Shown: positions 13,751 through 23,438 of the stretch, in pieces
How the letters are laid out: every line of letters begins with the position of its first letter
Position numbering within the stretch: the stretch's first letter is position 1
NCBI RefSeq assembly: GCF_963921235.1
Contig: NC_086108.1
Coordinates: forward strand, 21,266,001-21,330,000
From: Mobula hypostoma
Taxonomy: Eukaryota
Direction: 5' to 3'
Length of the DNA stretch: 64,000 nt
Notes under the pieces: model-generated
The model's input: only the letters and a program-made list of their open reading frames with translations
The model's database searches: none
Told to the model about the DNA's origin: nothing
Position numbers and translations under genes: made by a program

Positions 13751-14233
13751 CAGTACTGTGCAAAAGTCATAGACAAATATATATAGCTAAGGTGCTTAAG
13801 ACTTTTGCACTGTACTGTATTTGTTAACATGGAGCAGAGAGCGAATTTGTAAATCTGGCGGGAGCAAAGGATATTGCGAATGACAAGGGTGGAGTGCTGC
13901 CCGAGCAGTATGGGACAGGTGGCAGAGAAGGAGTGCCGGGGTGGTGCCCAGCCCTGAGACACCAGGCAAGGTGATTTGATTCCAAACAATTGGTTTATTG
14001 ATCATTACAGAATGTCTCTCTGGTTCTTCCTCCTCCCTCCCCCATCCCTGCCTCCTTCGTACACTCAATCCACAATAAAGACCCACATCAGAATCAGATT
14101 TATCATCACTCACATATATTATGAATTTTTTTGCAGCAGCAATACAGTGCAATACATAAAATTACTACAGTGCTGTGCAAAGGTTTTTGGCACCCTAGCT
14201 ACATATATGTGCATAAGACGTTTGCACAGTATG
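13751..14233. mobile_element. Composite non-autonomous Tc1/mariner-type element (two terminal mini-hairpins around a captured segment), copy 1
   Basis: CAGT(A/G)CTGTGCAAA...TTTGCAC hairpins at about 13751-13817 and 14168-14233. The internal segment is the reverse complement of 40270-40660. Confidence 0.75.
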
Positions 14234-14419
14234 GTTTAGATGGGATCTTAGGAAGAATTTTTCCACCCAGAGAATGATTGGAATCTGGAATATAATTCCC
14301 ATGGGAATAGTGAATACAAAAATTCTCACAATGTCTAAGAAGTATCTAGATGCATTCCACTAGATGAAGGATATAAAAATCAGGGACAAAGTCTTAGGAC
14401 ATGGTTGTTTTTTTGGGAA

Positions 14420-14626
14420 CACAGTTCAGCATTCAATACTATCATCCCCTCAAATCTAACCAATAAGCTTCAAGACCTTGGCTTCAATACCTCCTTGTAC
14501 AACTAGATCCTCGATTTCCTCACTTGCAGACCCCAGTCAGGTCAAACTGGTAACAACACCTCCTCCACAATCAACATCAGCATTGGTGCACTGCAAAGCT
14601 GTGTGCTTCGACCCTGCTCTACTCAC
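14420..14626 (+). mobile_element. Rex1/Babar RT fragment interrupted by the LTR element
   Basis: SSAFNTIIP...LQDLG...CVL.PLLYS-type sequence that ends exactly at the LTR. Confidence 0.7.
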
Positions 14627-15044
14627 TGTTGTGTGAATGAAGTCACCAGAGAAAAGACTGGTAGTTATGAAACAGCCTCTTTATTGGACAAAACAAGATA
14701 CAGTAGGCATCATATTGAGGTCCTTTTGGTGGAAAGGTCTGCCTGCCCAGGATTACACACATTTTATATGCTAAAGATTAAAGAAAATGCAGGACAATTC
14801 AAACAAATCCATATTTACAATGCCTTCGTTGAGCTATATATGTGACATTTTCAAATGCCTGGGTCTTCCCGCCATCATACTATTCAGGGTGGGGGTGACT
14901 GCCTTCAGATGCTGTGTGCAATCTTTCTCAGACTGCCATACCATCGAAGTTGTAGAACCTGCTGTTGCTGTCTCTATTTTAACTTAAATCCCCCTCCATC
15001 TATTTTCCCCAATATCTTTTCTATTCTCTGCTATTCAACTTATA

Positions 15045-15956
15045 TAGTCGGCTCTCCTTATCTGCAAGGGATTGGTTCCGGGACCCCTTGCGGATACCAA
15101 AAACCATTGATGCTCAAGTCCCTTATTCAACCTGTCTCAATGTGGTGGATCTTAGGACCCAGGGGAACCTTGGACCTTATTTAACCTGTCTTGGTGCGGT
15201 GGGCATTAGGACCCGGCAGTGGAGCTCTAAATCCTCAGTGTTTCTTCACGAAAATAATCACGATCGTGATTTAAATTAAAGTGGAAATAGTAAAGCAATC
15301 AGAAAGCGGTGAAACGCCATTGGTCATTGGAAAAGCATTAGGCTACAGTCGGTCAATGATCGGAACAATTTTAAAGGATAAAATGAGAAAGGCCCTGCCC
15401 AATTAAAGCTACAATTATTACTAAGCAATGCAGTGGTTTAATTATTGGGTTTTGGGTTTTTGATCCTTCACATCAACCCAACAGCAATGGAGAGCGCACT
15501 CAGGAGTGATCTGTCACTGGATCGAACTCAGGAACTTCCGATCCCGAGCCCGGCGCTGAAACATATGTTTCTTAAGTATTTTATATGCATAGAAAGGTAA
15601 AATATATACTATATACTAAGACAAACATTTGACCAACTGACGCTAAATAATACTGGATGTACCTGTTCCGACTTACTTAGTAAGAGAACTTACGTTTTTT
15701 TTCGATCCTGATCCACGATAACCTACTTACATCCTCCCGTATACTTTAAATCATCTCTAGATTACTTATAATACCTAATACAATGTAAGTGAGATGTAAA
15801 ATATTTGTTATACTGCATTGCTTAGGGAATAATGACAAGAAAAACAAGTCTGTACATGCTCGAACAACAAGTGCTGGAAGAGCACTTCCGGGTTTTCTCG
15901 ATTCGCGGTTGGTTGAATTCGCGCATGCGGAACTCGCGGATAAGGAGGGCCGACTG
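15045..15956 (+). mobile_element. Tigger/pogo-type internally deleted DNA transposon nested in the LTR element
   Basis: TIR (C/T)AGTCGGC(T/C)CTCCTTATC at both ends, flanked by TA. Internal HTH fragment KLKVEIVKQSESGETPLVIGKALGYSRSMIGTILKDK (CENP-B/psq-like). Confidence 0.9.
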
Positions 15957-17044
15957 TAATCTACTTTCAGCAACCAGCCTTCATTACAGAGTACCGTTAC
16001 CATTACAGAGTACACTTTAGCATGCTACTCACGGACTTCTGTCATGCTCTCGGTGTCTTCTGCTTTCACTGTGACTTTCACCTGTTTTTCTTCCCTTTTT
16101 TTGGATACTGCCTCCAACCATGCCCTGGTAGGCCACAGCTGTAGCATATCAACTCCTTTACTGTTTTATGCTTGGTCTGGCAGTCCTTTGCTAGGTGCCT
16201 TCATTGCTAGCACACAAGCAAACCCTCTATGACATCACAGCAGCTACATCCACTACAGCCAGTTTACAATTTTTCTTGCATTTTCTTTGGTCTATCTTAT
16301 TGGCCCATGAAACTAGGTCAACCCCACTGCTATCTCTAACTCTAAAACTCGCTGGTGGGCTGAGCTCAGGCCTTCCTTCATCACTTTCAGGACTGGGTCA
16401 TCCCTCCCTGGATTATCCAACCCTGAATACTCCTCATACGCTCAGTAATTACCTTCTGTCTATCTAGCTGTTTGAATCACTGCCATTATTGTTCGCCAGT
16501 TACTCTCACTTCCTGCTAGTCGCTGCCTCACTTCCTTTTTAAAAGAGCGGAATCTTTTTTCACTGCTGGAGTTCCTAGAAGTTGCCCATGTACCACCTTG
16601 CACCCCCTCGGCCATACTGTCCCACATAATCCTCGGGCACTTTGCTTTTACCAACATGTGTATATCTTTAGGATGCATCTGATGAAATTCAACCACTTCC
16701 TCGAGCTTGCGCCAGAATTCCAAATTCTCACATGCGACTTTAAGTGAGGACAACTCTGACAAAATGCTCTGTTTCTCCCCCGGGGGTGAAGGGCTTATGA
16801 ATGGTCATAATCAGAGTCAAGGGCTAGTTCAGATCATCAGGGTTCTTGACCTGACGTTGCCTGACCTCATTAGGTGCTATCCTGACAGGTACATCGGGGT
16901 GAAATCTCTGCCTGAAATATCTCCACAGCAATTCCCACACAATGCAAAACATAAATGACAGATACAAGTTAAACAGTACACACTTAAACCACAGCATACT
17001 CCGCAATCTGCCACGTATGTGTGTCTAAACTCATGATATTGTCA

Positions 17045-17200
17045 TTTAAAGTTAAATTGGATAGCTATATGGACAGGAAAGGAATACAGGGTTATGGGCT
17101 GAGTGCAGGTCAGTGGAACTAGGTGAGAGTAAGTGTTTGGCATGGACTAGGAGGATCGAGATGGCCTGTTTCTGTGCTGTAATTGTCATATGGTTATATC
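17045..17200 (+). mobile_element. CR1 3'-terminal fragment inserted in the LTR element leader
   Basis: tttaaagttaaattggatag...gcctgtttctgtgctgtaattgtcatatggttat. Same 3' end as the CR1 at 18056. Confidence 0.8.
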
Positions 17201-18055
17201 CCCACTGTAGTCCTTTGCAATAAACTTGCAAAATGTGTATACTAAAATGCAGCTCCTGGAACAAGTATATATATGCCCCCGCTGGCCTTCAATAACTTCC
17301 TTTCGCAACTGGTGGCCTCATCTCACCAAATTAATACACAAAGTTTTGTCTCTTACATAAGCACTCATGCACGTATGCACACACCACTTTTATATCTACC
17401 AGTTCAGCTCCCTGTGTTCATGATACCTTGCATTCCATGTACCACCGACCTGAGCAGATCGAAGTGTGAGTGCTAATTCTAAAATGCTCGCCCACTTAGA
17501 CTGCTAAGATCATTAGCCACATGATGGGTCACAGAAGGTATTCCACATCTGACACCAAATGTTGTGTGAATGAAGTCACCTGAGAAAAGTACTGGTAATT
17601 ATGAGGCAGCCTGTTTATTTGACAAAACAAGATACAGTAGGCATCATACTGAGGCCCTTTCAGTTGAAAGGTTTACACTCATTTTATATGCTAAAGATCA
17701 AAGAAAATGCAGGACAATTCAAACAAATCCATATTTACAATGCCCTCTTTGAGCTTCATATGTGACAATTTCAAATGCCTGGATCTTTCCAATATCACAC
17801 CCACAATAAGTGTTAATTACTGTTGTATCCGTGCAATGGGATGTTGATTGGATTTATGCATATGTAGACAATTTGTTTAATGCTTGTTTCCTGGTCTGTC
17901 TGGTCTGCATTTTAAATTTAAGCTTAAGTGCATATTTGAATCTGAAGGCTAGTGGCCAAAGTTGGTTAAGTTAATTGCCACCTGTGCTAACCCCAAAAAT
18001 CGCTATAACACTCACTTTATGCTTATGGCTGTGAGGCTAGGCACAGCTCCAATGC

Positions 18056-19795
18056 CACATATAACCACATAACAATTACAGCATGGAAACAGGCCATCTT
18101 GGCCCTTCTAGTCCGTGCCGAACTCTTACCATATCCTAGTCCCACCAACTTGCACTCAGCCCATAACTCTCCATTCCTTTCCTGTCCATATATCTATCCA
18201 ATTTAACTTTAAATGACAACATAGAACCTGCCTCAACCACTTCTGCTGGAAGCTCGTTCCACACAGCTACCACTGTCTGAGTAAAGAAGTTCCCCCTCAC
18301 GTTACCCCTAAACTTTTGTCCTCTAACTTTCAACCCATGTCCTCTTGTTTGAATCTTCCCCACTCTCAATGGAGAAAGTCTAACCACGTCAACTCTTATC
18401 AATCCCCCTCATAATTTTAAACACCTCTATCAAGTCCCCCCTCAACCTTCTACACTCCAAAGAATAAAGACCTAACTTGTTCAACTCCGTAAATTAGGAG
18501 ATGAAACCCAGGCAACATTTTAGTAAACCTCCTCTGTACTCTCTCAATTTTATTGACATCTTTCCTATAACTCGGTGACCAGAACTGTACACAATACTCC
18601 AGATTTGGCCTTACCAATGCCTTATACAAATTCAACATTACATCCCAACTCCTATACTCAATGCTGTGATTACTAAAGGCCAGCAAACCAAAAGCTATCC
18701 ACATGAGATTCCATCTTCAGGGAACTATGCACCATTATTCCTAGATCCCTCTGTTCTACAGCATTCCTTAAAGCCCTACCATTTACCATGTATGTCCTAT
18801 TTTGATTAGTTCTACTAAAATGTAGCACCTCACATTTTTCAGCATTAAACTCCACCTCCCATCTTTCAGCCCACTCTTCTAACTGTCCTAAATCTCTCTG
18901 CAAGTTTTGAAAACCTATCTCATCATCCACAACACCACCTATCTTGGTATCATCTGCATACTTACTAATCCAATTTACCACCCCATCATCCAGATCATTA
19001 ATATATATTACAAACAACATTGGACGCAATACAGATCCCTGAGGCACACCGCTACACACCATCCTCCAATCTGACACACAGTTATCCACTACTACTCTCT
19101 GGTGTCTCCCATCTAGCCACTGCTGAATCCATTTTACTATTTCCATATTAATGCCTAATGATTGAACCTTCCTAACTAACCTTCCATTTTGAACCTTGTC
19201 AAAGGCCTTACTGAAGTCCATATAGACAACATCCACCGTTTTACCCTCGTCAACTTTCTTAGTAACCTCATCAAAAAATTCAGTAAGATTTGTCAAACAT
19301 GACCTTCCACGCACAAATCCACGTTGACTGCTCCTAATCAGACCCTGTCTATCCAGATAATTATATATACCATCTCTAAGAATACTTTCCATCAATTTAC
19401 CCACCACTGACGTCAAACTCACAGGCAGATAATTGCCAGGTTTACTCTTAGAACCCTTTTTAAACAATGGAACCATATGAGCAATACGCCAATCCTCCAG
19501 CACCATCCTCGTTTCTAATGACATTTGAAATATTTCCGGTCAGAGCTCCTGCTATTTCCATGCTAACTTCCCGCAAGGTCCTAGGGAATATCTTGTCCGG
19601 ACCCGGAGACTTATCCACTTTTATATTCCTTAAAAGTGCCAGTACTTCCTCTTCTTTAATTGTCATACTTTCCATAACTACTCTACCTGTTTCCTTTACC
19701 TTACACAATTCAATATCCTTCTCCTTAGTGAATACTGAAGAAAAGAAATTGTCCAAAATCTCCCCCATCTCTTTTGGCTCAGCACATAGCCGTCC
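18056..19795 (-). mobile_element. CR1 LINE 3' portion
   Basis: [48 protein letters not shown] across several frames. Confidence 0.92.
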
Positions 19796-19799
19796 ATTC

Positions 19800-20155
19800 T
19801 GATGCCATATTTAAAATTGCTGATAACACCACTGTTGGCTGAATCAAAGGTGGTGACAACTCAGAATGTAAGAGGGAGATTGAAAATCTGGCTGAGTGGT
19901 GCCGCAACAAATACCTCTCACTTAATGTCAGCAAGACTGAGAAGCTGATTATTGACTTCAGGATTAGGACACCGGAGGTCCACAAACCAGTCAGGGGATC
20001 AGAGTTGAAGAGGGTCAGCAACTTTAAATTCTTTGGTGTTATCATTTCGGAGTATCTGTCCTGGGTCCAGCAAGTAAGTACCATTGCAAAGAAAGAATGG
20101 CAATGCCTTTTTTTTTTAGAAGTTTGCGAAGATTCGGCACATCATCTCAAACTTC
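19800..20155 (+). mobile_element. Rex1/Babar RT fragment
   Basis: Encodes IFKIADNTTVG, NLAEWCRNKYLSLNVSKTEKLIIDFR and RVSNFKFFGV. Confidence 0.8.
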
Positions 20156-20351
20156 AAGGATGATTAGTCACCTTTTGCTGCTTAAAAGCAACGGCGAGGA
20201 ATGGCAACACAAATTGTGTCCTAGAGTGGAGCCAGCAGTAACTTCAAACAATCATGATGTCTTCCCTCAGGAAAAGAAACTGGATTCTAGGAAAATACTG
20301 ATAGACACAAAATGCTGGAGGAACTCAGCATCTATGGAAAAAAGGGAAGAG

Positions 20352-21019
20352 AAGATGGTGGCGCGACGCAGCTTGCAGCGGCCACTCCAGTGGTGATGTC
20401 TGTTATTTGTCAAGTAGGGTGCTGTGCACAATCCTGATTTGATGGAGACAGACGTGAGAGCACAGAGGAACATCTGGTGACACTTCTGAAATGCCTGCTT
20501 CGCTGCTGCTGCTACTGTGTGGTCCAGAATCTCCGGAGGAGAAGGTCCCGAGTCCCTGGCTTTGCTTGTTGCTCGGCGGCCGGGGTGGGGTCGAAGCGCT
20601 TGGCAGAGGATGGTGCTCGGAGAGGCTGTATCAGAGGGGCTGGTCAGAGGCTCGAAGTTTTTGGACAGACTCAGAGTCGGCTGTGGTCGGGTGCTTCCAA
20701 TGCATCAGCAAGTTGTCAGTGCTTGGAGGTTCATGGCAGGGAGAGTTTCTCCCTTCTGCCACCTGCATTAGATGATGAGTCAGTCGGGACTTTGAGACTT
20801 TTTTTTTACCATGCCCATGGTCTACTCTTTATCAAATTATGGTATTGCTTTGCGTTGTTGTAACTATATGTTATAATTATGTGGTTTTGTCAGTTTTAGT
20901 CTTGGTTTGTCCTTTTGTTTTGTGATATCATTCTGGAGGAACATTGTATCATTTTTTAATGCATGCATTTCTAAATGATAAACGAGGACTGAGTGTCCTC
21001 ATAATCTAATCTAATCTAA
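20352..21019 (+). mobile_element. GC-rich SINE-like element of about 670 bp with (TAATC)n tail, copy 1
   Basis: Starts AAGATGGTGGCG and ends GAGGACtgagtGTCCTC-ATAATCTAATCTAATCTAA. Close reverse-complement copy at 27389-28061. Confidence 0.85.
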
Positions 21020-21758
21020 AAAGTACAGTTGATGTTTTGGGCCAAGTCCTTCAGCAGGTCTGGAGATAAAAATATAGGGCATTTTGTGTGTGTTGCTTGG
21101 ATTTCCTGTATCTGCAGATTTTCTCTTGTTTCTTCAAAGAAAGGGGCTTCTCTTCCTCCACCATTAACACTGCCCTCAACTACATCTCTTCCATTTCACA
21201 CAAGTCTGCTATTACCTCATCCTCCATCATCCCACCAGCCTCTACGTCCAGTACATAATTCTTCGGAACTTCCGCTATCTCCTATGGGACACCACCACCA
21301 AGCACATTTTTACTCCTCCCCTCACTTTCTGTTTTCTTCAGGGATCGCTCCCTATACAACTCCCTTGTCTAATTGTCCCTCCCCACTGATCTCCCTCCTG
21401 GCACTTACTCTTGCATGCAGAATAAGTGCTACACCTGCCCCTACACCTCCTCCCTCACTACCATTCAGGGCCCCAAACAGTTCTTCCAGGTGAGGTGACA
21501 CTTCACCTGTGAGTCTGATTGGGTGATATACTGTATCTGGTGCTCCCGGTGTGGCCTCCTGTACATCGGTGAGACCTGACATAGATTGGGAGACTGATTC
21601 ACTGAGTACCTATGCTTCGTCTACCAGAAGAAGCTGGATCTCCCAGTGGCTTTTCATTTTAATTCCACTTCCCTTTCCCATTCTGATATGTCAATCCATG
21701 ACCTTCTCTACTGTTGTGATGAGGCCACACTCAGGTTAGAGGATCAACACCTAACCTT

Positions 21759-22221
21759 TTGGATCGGGACTACAGAGCATCGTGGGAGCTGAATTCTGAA
21801 GGAAGGCAGTTTTTTTAAAAGCTTCTTCGAGTGCAAGAAGGATGAGACTGCGCAGGCATGTGACGTAACAGGACAGCACAGAGAGTTTAAAAAGGGAGGT
21901 TGCTACCAACAGCTGTCTCTTGGATCGGGACTACAGAGCATCGTGGGAGCTGAATTCTGAAGGAAGGCAGTTTTTTTAAAAGCTTCTTCGAGTGCAAGAA
22001 GGATGAGACTGCGCAGGCGCATGACGTAACAGGACAGCACGGAGAGTTTAAAAAGGGAGGTTGCTACCAACGGCTGTCTCTTGGATCGGGACTATAGAGC
22101 GTCGTGGGAGCTGAATTCTGAAGTAAGGCAGTTTTTTAAAAAAACTTCTTTGAGTGCATGAAGGGTGAGACTGCGCAGGTGCGTGACGTCAACAGGACAG
22201 CGCGGAGAGTTTAAAAAGGAG
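21759..22221 (+). promoter_or_regulatory. Three tandem 161-bp monomers at the CR1 5' end carrying NRF1-, CRE- and TATA-like motifs
   Basis: Units start at 21759, 21920 and 22081. TGCGCAGGCGCA at 22010-22021, TGACGTCA at 22184-22191, and TTTAAAA in each unit. Promoter function is inferred. Confidence 0.7.
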
Positions 22222-22502
22222 ACCACCCTCTACAGTGGGCAGCTGTCGGAGCAGGCAGTGGAGTGAGCGGTAACAGAGTGTAGGGCTTTGGCATCAACGG
22301 GCTTCGGCGGTAAACGGGGAGAGGTGAGAGCGAAGCACCAACTCTTCTCCCCCCCCTTCACGAATCGGCCCGGACAGACAGGAACCGCAGGGCTCTCACA
22401 GCTAACGGTACGAGCTAACGGTTTAAAAAGTTCATCTGTTTGGCGAGGTAAGTGGGTGAGTAGACTTATTTCTCCTGTTTCATTCCTGTAGAATTAGATA
22501 GC

Positions 22503-23438
22503 ATGCCTGCAGGGTTAGTGCTTTGTTCAGGGTGACAGATGTGGGAGTCCGGGGAGACCTCCGGCCTCCTTGATGGCCACATCTGCGCCAGGTGCACCGA
22601 GATGCAGCTCCTCAGAGACCATGTTAGGGATCTGGAGCTGCAGCTCAATGACCTACTGCTTATCAGGGAAAGTGAAGAGGTGATAGACAGGAGCTACAGG
22701 GAGGTAGTCATCTCTAGGCTACAGGGGTCAGAAAACTGGGTCACTATCAAGACAGGGAAGGGAAATGCCCGGATAGTGGAGAGCATACCTGTGGCTGTCC
22801 CCTTCAGCAACAGATATCTTGTTCTGGATGCTGTTGAGGGGGATGACCTGACAGGGGACGCCCACGGTGACCGGGTCTCTGGCACTGAGCCTGGTGCTGT
22901 TGTGCAGGAGAGAAGGAGGGAGAAGAGGAATGTGGTAGTCATAGGGGATTCCATAGTCAGGGGAACGGACAGGAGATTCTGTGAGCCTGATAGAGATACT
23001 CGCATGGTGTGTTGCCTCCCAGGTGCCAGGGTACGGGATATCTCGGATCGGGTCCTGAATATTCTGAAGGGGGAGGGTGAGCAGCCAGTTGTCTTGGTAC
23101 ATGTTGGTACCAATGACATAGATAGGACAAAGGAGGAAGTCCTGAAGAGAGATTTCTGGGAGTTAGGAAGGAAGCTGAGAAGCAGGACCTCCAGGGTAGT
23201 AATCTCGGGATTGGTACCTGTGCCACGTGCTAGCGAGGGCAAGAGTAGTAGGATCAGGCAGATGAATGCGTGGCTGAGAGACTGGTGCAGGGGGCAGGGC
23301 TTCAGATTCTTGGATAATTGGGATCTCTTCTGGGGGAAGTATGACCTGTTCAAAAAGGACAGGTTACACCTGAACCCGAAGGGGACCAATATCCTGGCGG
23401 GAAGGTTTAATAGAGCTGTTAGGGAGGGTTTAAACTAA
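22503..23438 (+). pseudogene. CR1 ORF1 (N-terminal CxxC...CxxC finger, coiled coil, SGNH/GDSL esterase) with a premature TGA at codon 11
   Basis: ATG at 22503 gives MPAGLVLCSG*QMWE, in frame with the 299-aa ORF 22539-23438. Confidence 0.85.

Larger units (their letters stand above)
14627..17799 (-). mobile_element. Non-autonomous (gag-only) LTR retroelement with paired LTRs of about 240-250 bp
   Basis: Direct repeats 14627-14879 and 17560-17799, both starting TGTTGTGTGAATGAAGTCACC; the right copy ends CA. The - strand has AATAAA in each LTR. PBS TGGTGTCAGATGTGGAAT (17540-17557, -) lies 2 nt from the LTR. Gag-like ORF at 16460-16762 and zinc knuckle CYSCGLPGHGWRQY at 16105-16146 (-). Confidence 0.85.

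Noticed and set aside
21759..22221. 161-bp tandem repeat as satellite or CRISPR
   Set aside because: Only three units, contiguous with a CR1 5'UTR; better explained as part of the LINE.
22539..23438. 299-aa SGNH hydrolase ORF as a host or horizontally acquired gene
   Set aside because: It is the standard esterase-containing CR1 ORF1, directly upstream of APE-RT ORF2.
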